This document shows positions 46,076-55,298 of a DNA stretch of 60,602 nt, piece by piece. The notes under the pieces were generated by a model. It searched no databases, was not told where the DNA came from, and saw nothing but the letters and a program-made list of their open reading frames with translations. Origin of the DNA: Hyphomicrobiaceae bacterium (lineage in GTDB: Bacteria > Pseudomonadota > Alphaproteobacteria > Rhizobiales > Hyphomicrobiaceae); contig JBIOWI010000354.1 in the NCBI GenBank assembly GCA_044868325.1, forward strand, positions 1-60,602, in the 5' to 3' direction. Position 1 is the first letter of the stretch, and every line of letters begins with the position of its first letter. Made by a program: the position numbers and the translations under genes.

Positions 46076-47878
46076 ATGGGCCCTAGCAGATTCCGGTCCG
46101 CCATCTCCTGCCTCGCCGCTGTGGCCGTGCTCGTGGCGCAGACGCCGGTGGCGCCCGCGGCGGATGCCCTCACCAGGGCCGACTACGAGGCCTGCCAGGC
46201 CCAGGACGAGGAGGGCTTCCGCAGGGCCATCGAGGCGCTGACGCAGAAGGGGCTGGAGGCTGGCCTCGCCAAGCTCGACTACGGGCCGCTGGTGGCGGAT
46301 GCCTGGCGGCGCGAGAAATTCGACGAGACCATCGACCGCCAGGTGGACGAGGCCATCGCCCAAGTGCGCGACGAGTCCACCTGGTTCCAGCTGTGGTCGT
46401 CGCTGGCCTCGCGCGAGAGCGCCCAGGAGCTCGGCACCTCGGCCGCCGAGCGCGTCTACCGCTCCGATGCCGTCAAGCAGGGCATCGAGCGGATGGCGGC
46501 GGACGTGGCCAAGGAGATCGGCAAGCGCATCGAGCTGGCGGTGATCGACACTGCCGGCCCGGCCACCCAGTGCATGCAGGCCTTCCTGGGGCGGCGCTAC
46601 GGCGCCACGGTAGCCGGCGTGGTCGGCGCCGATACCGGCCGCGAGTATGCCATCGATCCGGTCAAGGGTGGCGCCCAGGTCTCTACAGGCCAGGTGCTGA
46701 TCGAGGGCAAGGAAGGCATCGCAGGAGCCGTGGTGCTGGTCCTGCGGCGGCAGCTGTCGCGGATGGCGGCGCGCATCGGCCAGCGGGTGCTGGGCTCGGT
46801 GCTGAGCCGGCTCGTCTCGACCGTGGCCGGCGTGATCGGCGTGGTGCTGATCGCCAAGGATATCTGGGACTTCCGCCACGGCGTGCTGCCCATCATCGCC
46901 GAGGAGATGAAGAGCAAGGCCACCAAGGACAAGGTGCGCGAGGAGATCGCCGGTGCCTTCTCGGAGCACATCAACCAGAGCGTCCGCGAGATTGCACAGA
47001 GCACGGCCGAGCGGGTGGTGGGCATCTGGACCGAGTTCCGCCGCGCCCACGCCAAGGTGCTGGAGCTGGCCGAGCGCAACGCGGACTTCAAGCGCCTGCT
47101 CGACACGATCAAGCCGGCCGACCTGGCGCGCCTCGACGAGATCACGGCCCTCGTGCTGGCGAGCGAGGGCGAGGCCGGCCTCGTCCGGCGCCTGGGCGAC
47201 GGTACGCTGCACCGGGCCGTCTCGGCGCTGCCGCCGGGCGCGATCGAGATCGCGCGCGAGGCGCGCTCGCTCGAGACCGCGTACAAATGGTGGGCGGTGG
47301 CCGGCGGCAGCCTGCCCAGGGTGGTGGAGCTGGAGATCCACCGCCGTGCGGCGCCGGAGTCGTTCACCAACGCCGGGTTGCAGCGGCTGCTAGCGCTGGA
47401 CGACCGGCTGGCGACGGTGCGGCTGGCGGCCCTGCCGCCGGCCACGCGCGACGTCCTGCTCGAGCTGGAAACCCCGGCGCTGGTAAAGCTGGCACGCGCG
47501 CTCGACGAGCCGCAGCTCGAGAGCCTGGCGCGCTACCTCACCGCGCTGGAGAAGGGCGCGGCGCAGCGGGTGCTCGGCGCGGTGGCCCAGTCGCCAGGGC
47601 GCATGGCGGACCTGGCGAGCCCGCGCGTGCGCGAGGCCATCATCGCCAGCCGCGACCAGCTCGCCGCCGTCGGCATGATGCTGCAGGCCGCGTCCTACCT
47701 CGACCCGAGCGCGCCCGTCACGCACGCCAGGCTGGTGCTGGACGGACGTGTGAGCCCGGTGCTGCTGTGGGAGAAGCACGGCATGGTATTGGTTGCCGCG
47801 GCGCTCCTGGGCCTCATGCTGCTCCTGATGCTGAAACGAGCGCTCATCGGCCCCAGGCCGCGCATCGAGTATCGCTGA
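46076..47878 (+). CDS. large uncharacterised secreted/membrane-anchored helical protein
   Basis: Signal MGPSRFRSAISCLAAVAVLVAQTPVAPAADA, central hydrophobic segments, a C-terminal TM helix GMVLVAAALLGLMLLLML, and natural composition. I recognise no family. An alternative start lies at 46037. Confidence 0.7.
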   Translation: MGPSRFRSAISCLAAVAVLVAQTPVAPAADALTRADYEACQAQDEEGFRRAIEALTQKGLEAGLAKLDYGPLVADAWRREKFDETIDRQVDEAIAQVRDESTWFQLWSSLASRESAQELGTSAAERVYRSDAVKQGIERMAADVAKEIGKRIELAVIDTAGPATQCMQAFLGRRYGATVAGVVGADTGREYAIDPVKGGAQVSTGQVLIEGKEGIAGAVVLVLRRQLSRMAARIGQRVLGSVLSRLVSTVAGVIGVVLIAKDIWDFRHGVLPIIAEEMKSKATKDKVREEIAGAFSEHINQSVREIAQSTAERVVGIWTEFRRAHAKVLELAERNADFKRLLDTIKPADLARLDEITALVLASEGEAGLVRRLGDGTLHRAVSALPPGAIEIAREARSLETAYKWWAVAGGSLPRVVELEIHRRAAPESFTNAGLQRLLALDDRLATVRLAALPPATRDVLLELETPALVKLARALDEPQLESLARYLTALEKGAAQRVLGAVAQSPGRMADLASPRVREAIIASRDQLAAVGMMLQAASYLDPSAPVTHARLVLDGRVSPVLLWEKHGMVLVAAALLGLMLLLMLKRALIGPRPRIEYR

Positions 47879-48204
47879 TGCAGATCCTCACCAGCGAGGC
47901 CGTGGATGCCGCCATCGAGCGTGGCGAGATGGTCTATGCCGTCGCTATCAGCGGCGCCAACATCCTGCGCGACATGCGCGAGGCGGTGGTCAACACGATC
48001 GGCGGCCGCATGAGCAAGTACGAGGCGCTGCTCGACCAGACCATCGCCCGCGCGCTGGACGAGCTTGCCGCGCGAGCACACGCCAAGAACTACGATGGCG
48101 TCCTGGGTGTGCGCATCGTCCATCCTGCCATCACCAACGGCGCCATTGCCGTGACGGTATCCGGCACCGGCTTCCGCTTCGCAGAGCGGGACGCCCGTGG
48201 ATGA
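47878..48204 (+). CDS. YbjQ-family (UPF0145/DUF74) protein
   Basis: 108 aa: MQILTSEAV...VYAVAISGANILRDM...GVLGVRIVHPAITNGAIAVTVSGTG is typical of YbjQ. The ATG overlaps the upstream TGA (TGATG). Confidence 0.8.
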   Translation: MQILTSEAVDAAIERGEMVYAVAISGANILRDMREAVVNTIGGRMSKYEALLDQTIARALDELAARAHAKNYDGVLGVRIVHPAITNGAIAVTVSGTGFRFAERDARG

Positions 48205-48480
48205 TAAGCCGCAGGAAGACCGCGCACGAGGGCGCGATTCAGTGATTGCCAATATGCGTTTATGGCACTTCTACATTGACAATATGCTTTTTTTGGTGCA
48301 AGACTGCTCAAAGTGTCGCCGAGCTGCCCGGGGCGAGGGTTACTTGCGGCCGGCACAGGAATAGGGCGAAGACCGGGTCTACCGGGCCGCACACCCACCT
48401 GCCGACCCGCACGCCAGATGCGAGGGGCGTAGATCGGCAATGGGGGTGCCGCGCGGCGGCAAGCAAGCACAGGAGGCCCC

Positions 48481-48888
48481 ATGCCGTCCATCGGCCGCGC
48501 ACTGATCGAGAAGATCGAGGCCCTGCCCGCGGAGCGCATTGCCGAGCTGGAGGATTTCGTGGAACTCCTACACGTGCGGGAGCGAGAGCGCGCATTCGAC
48601 AATGATCGCGCGGGCACGTCCCCTCCCGGATTCGCCGAGGCCCGCGACAAGCCGGAGTACGATCCCGGCGGGACCCGCATCGGACGCGACCCCAACATCA
48701 TGATGGGCAAGCCCGTCATCGCGGGAACGCGCATCACTGTGGAGCACATCCTCCGGCTTCTGGGTGCCGGGGACACGGTCGCCGATATCCTTCGCAATCA
48801 CCCTCAGATCACGGAGGCCGACGTCCATGCTGCCCAGGTCTACGCGGCCGATTGCCTTGCGCATGAACGCATCTCCGCCGCCGGGTAG
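48481..48888 (+). CDS. DUF433-domain protein with an N-terminal antitoxin-like helix (putative antitoxin)
   Basis: MGKPVIAGTRITVEHILRLLGAGDTVADILRNHPQITEADV is a DUF433 core. The N-terminal IEKIEALPAERIAELEDFVELL resembles DUF2281-type antitoxin helices. AGGAGG RBS is present. Confidence 0.75.
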   Translation: MPSIGRALIEKIEALPAERIAELEDFVELLHVRERERAFDNDRAGTSPPGFAEARDKPEYDPGGTRIGRDPNIMMGKPVIAGTRITVEHILRLLGAGDTVADILRNHPQITEADVHAAQVYAADCLAHERISAAG

Positions 48889-48894
48889 CGAGCG

Positions 48895-49278
48895 GTGGCA
48901 GGCTTCTTCGCCGACGAGTGCATTGCCGGCGATATGGTGGCGCAATTGCGGCGCTTGGAGCTCGATGTCGTGTCCGCCAGGGAGCAATGCCCCGGCAGCC
49001 CGGATACGGACGTGCTCAGGTTCGCCCGCGAGGACGGGCGCGTGCTCATCACGTACGATCTGGGCTTCGGCGACCTCGCGGTCCGCCTCGGCCAGCCTGC
49101 CGTCGGGATTATCATCCTGTCGCTGTATGCGTTGACCTCTGGGGTGCGCGAACGCTACGGGGCAGAGCGCATTCGCGAATTGGGCGATCGCGCCGTTGGC
49201 CAACTCGTCGTCATTGAGCCGGGGCGGATACGAATGCGGCCTCTCAAGCTTGAGCGCCGATCGTCCGAAGAAGAATAA
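48895..49278 (+). CDS. DUF5615 (Mut7-C/PIN-like) protein, putative toxin partner of DUF433
   Basis: FFADECIAGDMV..., DTDVLRFAREDGRVLITYDLGFGDL. GTG start lies 7 nt after the upstream stop. Confidence 0.7.
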   Translation: MAGFFADECIAGDMVAQLRRLELDVVSAREQCPGSPDTDVLRFAREDGRVLITYDLGFGDLAVRLGQPAVGIIILSLYALTSGVRERYGAERIRELGDRAVGQLVVIEPGRIRMRPLKLERRSSEEE

Positions 49279-49286
49279 AGCGGTCC

Positions 49287-49937
49287 ATGTCCCACCACCT
49301 CCACGGCCCCCGCATCGAGCCTCGTGGCGCCCCCGCGGCGCTGGTGGTGCTGCTGCACGGCTACGGCGCCAACGGCGACGACCTGATCGCGCTGGCGGAG
49401 GGCTGGCGGCGGCAGCTGCCGCAGGCAGCGTTCGTGGCTCCCAATGCGCCGGAAGAGATCGCCGGCATGCCGGGTGCGCTGCAATGGTTCCCGCTCACTT
49501 TCCGCGATCCGGGCGAGCGCTGGCGCGGCGTGGTGGCGGCCCGGCCGGGGCTCGACCGCTTCCTCGATGCCGAGCTGGCCCGCTATGGCCTCGCCGACGA
49601 CCGGCTCGTGCTCGTGGGCTTCAGCCAGGGCACCATGCTGGCGCTGCACACCGGGCTCCGGCGCACGGTGGCGCCGGCCGCCATCGTCGGCTACTCGGGC
49701 CTGCTGGCCGGCCCGGAGCACCTGGGCGAGATCGCGGCGCGCCCACCCGTGCTCCTCATCCACGGTGCCGAGGACGACCTGATCCCGGCCGATGCCTTGC
49801 ATACCGCACGCGAGCAGCTGGCTCAGGCCGGCGTCAGCGTCGAGTGGCACGTGCGCGAGGGGCTTGGCCACGGCATCGACCCCTCCGGCCAGCACCTCGC
49901 CGGGCATTTCATGTCGCAGGTGCTGGCAGGTTTGTAG
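49287..49937 (+). CDS. phospholipase/carboxylesterase-family alpha/beta hydrolase
   Basis: VVLLHGYGANGDDL, GFSQG nucleophile, IHGAEDDLIP and a GHGI catalytic His region. Confidence 0.85.
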   Translation: MSHHLHGPRIEPRGAPAALVVLLHGYGANGDDLIALAEGWRRQLPQAAFVAPNAPEEIAGMPGALQWFPLTFRDPGERWRGVVAARPGLDRFLDAELARYGLADDRLVLVGFSQGTMLALHTGLRRTVAPAAIVGYSGLLAGPEHLGEIAARPPVLLIHGAEDDLIPADALHTAREQLAQAGVSVEWHVREGLGHGIDPSGQHLAGHFMSQVLAGL

Positions 49938-50204
49938 GGCGGGTTGGCCCGAAGCGCGTAGCCCGCCGATGCGCCGCATGAACGAGGATTCGTCACGGCG
50001 GATTACGGGCTTGGCCCCAAACCCCGCCCCACGCTTCCGGCCCCGCCACAAGACCGCCAGATTCTCCTTGCCGGCCCGTAACCTGGCCGCGGCTTCACAT
50101 CGGCGACACACACCGCTAGTATGTGCCTCACCTGAAACGCCGACTGGACGGAGTGCGAACGGACAGAGGAAGAGAACCGGCCGTGAGATGAACAGGAGCG
50201 AGCC

Positions 50205-50765
50205 GTGAACCCCTGCGCCGCCACCCCTGAGAGCTTCCCCGCGCTTGTCCTCAACGCCGACTTCCGCCCCCTCAGCTACTACCCGCTGTCGCTCTGGAGC
50301 TGGCAGGAGACGGTCAAGGCCGTGTTCCTGGACCGGGTCAACATCGTGGCCCAGTACGACCGGTTCGTGCGCAGCCCGTCCAGGGAGATCCGGCTGCCCA
50401 GCGTGGTCTCGCTCAAGACCTATGTGAAGCCGGCGCTCTATCCGGCCTTCACGCGGTTCAACGTGTTCCTGCGCGACCGCTTCATGTGCCAATACTGCGG
50501 CGCCAAGGACGACCTGACGTTCGACCACCTGGTCCCGCGCTCGCGCGGCGGCCAGACCCGGTGGGACAACGTCGTGGCGGCCTGCGCCCCGTGCAATCTG
50601 CGCAAGGGCGGCAACCTGGCCGACCACGCCGGCATGCGGCCCAGGCAGTCGCCATACCGGCCGACAGTGTTCGAGCTGCATCGCAACGGCCGCCTGTTCC
50701 CGCCCAACTATTTGCACGAGAGCTGGATGGACTACCTGTACTGGGATACCGAGCTGGAGCCGTAA
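50205..50765 (+). CDS. HNH endonuclease
   Basis: CQYCG...LTFDHLVPRSRGG...WDNVVAACAPCNLRKG. GTG start follows AGGAG. Confidence 0.85.
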   Translation: MNPCAATPESFPALVLNADFRPLSYYPLSLWSWQETVKAVFLDRVNIVAQYDRFVRSPSREIRLPSVVSLKTYVKPALYPAFTRFNVFLRDRFMCQYCGAKDDLTFDHLVPRSRGGQTRWDNVVAACAPCNLRKGGNLADHAGMRPRQSPYRPTVFELHRNGRLFPPNYLHESWMDYLYWDTELEP

Positions 50766-50817
50766 GCCCCGCCGGCAGGCAAGCTCCTCTGGGCCGGTCC
50801 CGGGGCCGCTGTCCGCG

Positions 50818-50878
50818 GCCTCGGCTCAGGCCCCTCGGCTCAGGCCCCCCTCGGCTCAGGCCCCCCTCGGCTCAGGCC
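50818..50878. repeat. Tandem repeat CTCGGCTCAGGCCCC(CC) x4
   Basis: Four direct copies between the convergent HNH and MarR genes. The last copy overlaps the MarR stop codon. Confidence 0.9.
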
Positions 50879-51408
50879 AAGAACGGCGCCAGGATGCGCT
50901 GGAGTTCCTCCTTCTCCCTGGCGCCGATGCGGGCGACGATGTTGCGCTCGTGGACCTCCAGCGGCCCCTGCGTGCGCTCGAGCAGAGTTGCGCCCCTCTC
51001 CGTCAGGCGCAGGGCGTGCGAGCGGCGGTCGGTGGCCGAGCGGGTGCGCTCTACGTGGCGGGCCGCCTCCAGGCTGTCGATCATCTGGACGAGCCGCGCC
51101 CGCTCGATGGCCAGCGCCTCGGCCACCCGGACCTGAGAGATGCCCGGGTTGGCGGCGACCACCCGCAGCACCGAGAACTGGGCCGGCGTGATGCCAAGCT
51201 CCTTCAGGGCGCGCCGGAAGTCCTGCACCATCCAGAGCTGGGCGCGGCGCACGACGTAGCCGACCATATCGTCGAGACCGCCGAGGTCGGCCGGCATGGC
51301 GCGCTGCCGGCGCCGCCCCGACGGCGTCGCGTCCTCCGCGGCTCCGCGCGCCGGGCCGGCCGCGCGCGGCCCCGACCTTCCCGATTGGTCGTTGCGATCT
51401 CCGGACAC
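50872..51408 (-). CDS. MarR-family transcriptional regulator
   Basis: GITPAQFSVLRVVAANPGISQVRVAEALAIERARLVQMIDSLE...DRRSHALRLTERG is a winged-helix MarR core. Confidence 0.85.
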   Translation of the reverse strand: MSGDRNDQSGRSGPRAAGPARGAAEDATPSGRRRQRAMPADLGGLDDMVGYVVRRAQLWMVQDFRRALKELGITPAQFSVLRVVAANPGISQVRVAEALAIERARLVQMIDSLEAARHVERTRSATDRRSHALRLTERGATLLERTQGPLEVHERNIVARIGAREKEELQRILAPFLA

Positions 51409-51441
51409 GCGCTCTCCCTCTCCCAGTAGCGCCCACCAGGT

Positions 51442-51462
51442 TGTACGATTACATTATTATGT
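51442..51462. promoter_or_regulatory. Overlapping palindromes in an AT-rich patch upstream of marR (candidate operator)
   Basis: TGTAcgatTACA (51442-51453) and ACATtattATGT (51451-51462), 34 nt upstream of the MarR start. Confidence 0.3.
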
Positions 51463-51612
51463 CATCAAAGTTGCAGGTCCACACGGCCCACGAGCGTTGT
51501 CATCATGACGCACGCTGGCGCACGCCATCAGGGCACGCCTTGTCGCCGACAAGCCTGAACCGGGCCCGAACCGGGTGTGTGCGACTGCGGAAACGGACCC
51601 CGACTCGTCGTT

Positions 51613-52320
51613 TCACCTCGATGGTTCTTGACCGGGATATCCCGGCGGCGTGCGCGCACCGAAGATCTCGGACCCAACGCGCACGTGGGTGGCGCCGAAG
51701 GCGACCGCCTTCTCGAAATCGGCACTCATGCCCATGCTGAGGGCCTTAAGGCCGAGCTCGCCCGCAAGCTTGGCCAGAAAGGCGAAGTGCACGCCGGGCT
51801 CCTCCTCGTGCGGGGGAATGCACATGAGGCCGGCGATGTCGAGGCCGAGGTCGCGGCAAGTGCGCAGGAGCCGGCCCGCCTCGTTGGGGGCGATGCCCGC
51901 CTTCTGCGGCTCCTCGCCGGTGTTGACCTGGATGAAGAGCTGCAACCGCTTGCCCTGCCGCGCCATCTCCCCCGCAACCGCCTCGGCGATCCTCGGGCGG
52001 TCGATGCTGTGGATTGCATCGAAGAGCTGCACCGCATCCCGCGCCTTGTTCGACTGCAGGGCGCCGACGAGGTGCAGCTCGATGCCCGGATAGCCGTCGC
52101 GCAGCACCGGCCATTTGGCGCGCGCCTCCTGCACCCGGTTCTCGCCGAAGACGCGGTGTCCAGCTTCCAGGACCGGGGCGATGGCGTCCGGCCCGAACGT
52201 CTTGCTGACCGCCACCAGCCTGACGTCCGCCGGCTCCCGGCCGGCGGCTTTGGCGGCGGCGCCGATGCGGCGCAAGACCTCGGCAAGGCGCGCCTGCGTG
52301 GCTTGGGTGTCTGCTGTCAT
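51613..52320 (-). CDS. yggS: YggS-family pyridoxal-phosphate homeostasis protein
   Basis: LVAVSKT (PLP Lys), FGENRVQE, HLVGALQSNK and SMGMSADF motifs. Confidence 0.9.
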   Translation of the reverse strand: MTADTQATQARLAEVLRRIGAAAKAAGREPADVRLVAVSKTFGPDAIAPVLEAGHRVFGENRVQEARAKWPVLRDGYPGIELHLVGALQSNKARDAVQLFDAIHSIDRPRIAEAVAGEMARQGKRLQLFIQVNTGEEPQKAGIAPNEAGRLLRTCRDLGLDIAGLMCIPPHEEEPGVHFAFLAKLAGELGLKALSMGMSADFEKAVAFGATHVRVGSEIFGARTPPGYPGQEPSR

Positions 52321-52600
52321 GACCGCAGGTGCTTCTACACGAGCCGCGGGCGATCGGGTAGCAGGCCCGTCGTGGCGATGGGCTGATCCCCTGGGTGTTC
52401 GACGATGCCCGAACGAAGCTTGAAGTTCGCCGTGCGCTGTCGCAGAGTAAGGCAGCCAATGTGCGGCTGCTGAGGAGGGGGCCGGCAGGGTCTTGCCGGT
52501 TTTGGGGGCCGACGACAACCTTCTGGATATCGGCCACGTCTCCCCACGCAAGTGCCTGAGCTGTCGTGGCCCTTGAGCTGTGCTTGTGACGGAGGACGGA

Positions 52601-53119
52601 ATGAGGAGCTTGTTGGCGCTCGGCGGGCTCGTCGGCATCGCCATGCTGTTTCCTGCGTCGCAGACCCTCGCACAGAGCGGCGTAGTCAGCGGCCCGCCGC
52701 AGATCCAGCCGGGATCGGCCGGAGCCAACGATCGACCGGGCCCCGGCCCCAGCGTCGGTCCTGGTCCTGGTCCAGGCCCGAGCGCAGGCAGACAGGACGA
52801 CGCCTGGATTGCCGTCGCCGGCGGCTTCGACGGCAGCGGCAAGCGGGTCGCCGTCGGCTATTCCGGGCTTCAGCGCTCGAAGGTCGAGGCGGAGGATGCC
52901 GCCGTCAGGGCCTGCATTGGCAGCGATCCGTCGGTCGCCTGCCGCAATCCCTTCGCGGTCTCGCGCGGCTGTCTCTACATCGTGCCGGGCAGCCGTTCGG
53001 GCGGCATGACATGGGGCCGCGGCGGCACGCGCCAGATCGCGTTCGACGAGTGCCGGCGCGGCGGCTACAGCTGCCCCAGCAACAAGCTGATCGGCGGCTG
53101 CGTGCCAGGCTTCAACTGA
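52601..53119 (+). CDS. DUF4189-like secreted protein
   Basis: A signal peptide and a PGPGPS-rich linker, then WIAVAGG...VGYSG...AEDAAVRAC...C...GCLYIV...AFDECRRGGYSC (DUF4189 pattern). GGAGGA RBS is present. Confidence 0.7.
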   Translation: MRSLLALGGLVGIAMLFPASQTLAQSGVVSGPPQIQPGSAGANDRPGPGPSVGPGPGPGPSAGRQDDAWIAVAGGFDGSGKRVAVGYSGLQRSKVEAEDAAVRACIGSDPSVACRNPFAVSRGCLYIVPGSRSGGMTWGRGGTRQIAFDECRRGGYSCPSNKLIGGCVPGFN

Positions 53120-53157
53120 CAAGGCTTCAACTGACAAGAATCCACAGGGGGCGATCC

Positions 53158-53724
53158 ATGTTGATGCGATATCTGGCATTCGGCGTGGGCGTGGTGCTGG
53201 CCTCTGCGGCGCTGGCGCAGGGCGACCAGGCGCCCCGCCCGCAACCGCCGCCATTGGGCTCTCCCGACAAGTCCGACGATGTGCCGCGCCCCGACGACCT
53301 GCTGCCGCCGAAGTCTGGGCGGCCGTCCGCTCCCCCGGAGCCGCGCGGGTCGCCGCCCGGCCTACCGCGCCCGTCCGAGAGGTGGGGCGCGGTGGCCTAT
53401 ACCGCCGACGGCGCCTTCGGCGCCGCTTACGGCATCGACACCAAGGACAATGCGGAGCGCCTGGCCGTCGACGAGTGCCAGCGGGAGTCGACCGACAAGC
53501 AGGACTGCGCGCGCGGCGTCGTCGCGCGGCAGGACAGCTGGTTCCACATCCAGTTCTGCCGGCGCGGCGGCGATTGGACCACGCAAATCACCTCCCGGCC
53601 GACGCTCGCGGAGACCACCCAGGCCGCGGCCCAGTACGCCCGCACGTCGAAGTACGGCGCCGACGGCTGTCACATGGTCCCCAACGGCCTGTTCCACTCG
53701 GGCGGCATGCACACCAAGATGTAG
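53158..53724 (+). CDS. DUF4189-like secreted protein (paralog)
   Basis: A signal peptide and a Pro-rich linker, then WGAVAYTADGAFGAAYG...AERLAVDECQ...DC... Confidence 0.7.
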   Translation: MLMRYLAFGVGVVLASAALAQGDQAPRPQPPPLGSPDKSDDVPRPDDLLPPKSGRPSAPPEPRGSPPGLPRPSERWGAVAYTADGAFGAAYGIDTKDNAERLAVDECQRESTDKQDCARGVVARQDSWFHIQFCRRGGDWTTQITSRPTLAETTQAAAQYARTSKYGADGCHMVPNGLFHSGGMHTKM

Positions 53725-53848
53725 CTCCCCCCGATGCGCGGCCCAGGAAGGCCGGCCGTCGAGAGCGGGTGAAAATGCGGCGCGCGGCACCTAGATCTGC
53801 GATAGTGCGGTCGGGTCGTCAGCGACATTGGCAAAGGACGCGCGCCGG

Positions 53849-54720
<872 letters not shown>

Positions 54721-54724
<4 letters not shown>

Positions 54725-54966
54725 CCACCTTGGAAATTGATATCGGCGACCTCGAAGCCCGCAAGGTCGAGTTCACGAGGAGCGAGCTGGTCGTGACGCT
54801 CGTGGACGGTCGAAAAATCGCAACATCGCTTGAGTGGTATCCCCGGCTTAAGGGTGCCTCGGCGAAGGAGCGCGCACATTTCGAGATCGTGCCGATGGGC
54901 ATCCACTGGCCGGACCTCGACGAGGATCTCAGCATCGCCGGCATGCTGAAGGGGCAGCGCGGATAG
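54721..54966 (+). CDS. DUF2442-domain protein
   Basis: 81 aa ending ...FEIVPMGIHWPDLDEDLSIAGMLKG (DUF2442 signature). The ATG overlaps the moeB stop (ATGA). Confidence 0.7.
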
Positions 54967-55003
54967 TCGTTATTGTCAACGCTCTCGTTGACCTTGGATA
55001 CCG

Positions 55004-55246
55004 ATGGACGCGGCGCACTACCTCTTCCTGGTTGGTGTCTGGATGTCGTTCTGGTTCGGTTTGCGCTTCAATATGCGCGTGTTGGGCCATCTCGCCAGAC
55101 TCGAGCAGAGGCGACGAAGGCATCAAATGCCGGACCCAATTATTGACCTCATCGCACGCATAGATCTGAAGGACACGCTTGTCCGCGACGCCGTTGGAAC
55201 GGCACTCGGGCTATCAGCGGCGTTGATCTCTCTATCGTTCTGGTGA
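55004..55246 (+). CDS. possible small two-TM membrane protein
   Basis: 80 aa with an N-terminal TM helix (YLFLVGVWMSFWFGL) and a C-terminal TM helix (GTALGLSAALISLSFW). I see no clear RBS. Confidence 0.3.
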   Translation: MDAAHYLFLVGVWMSFWFGLRFNMRVLGHLARLEQRRRRHQMPDPIIDLIARIDLKDTLVRDAVGTALGLSAALISLSFW

Positions 55247-55298
55247 GAACGAGAGCTGCCTCGTCCACCGGGGTTCGAACAAACGGAAGGAGTAAGCA

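Noticed and set aside
45905-47341. 478-aa minus-strand ORF antisense to the large uncharacterised gene.
   Set aside because: It has H/R/G/D-rich shadow composition. The plus frame has a signal peptide, TM segments, a balanced composition and translational coupling to ybjQ.
49155-50717. 520-aa minus-strand ORF across the carboxylesterase and HNH genes.
   Set aside because: It is a shadow frame. Both plus-strand genes have unambiguous catalytic motifs.
53725-53848. A possible Moco riboswitch upstream of moeB.
   Set aside because: I could not find the conserved Moco-motif elements or a convincing multi-stem structure in the ~120-nt leader.
55262-55290. GGGGTTCGAAC, resembling a tRNA T-loop or tRNA 3' fragment (a possible att site).
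   Set aside because: No complementary T-stem, acceptor stem or anticodon arm can be drawn around it. It sits just upstream of an RBS.
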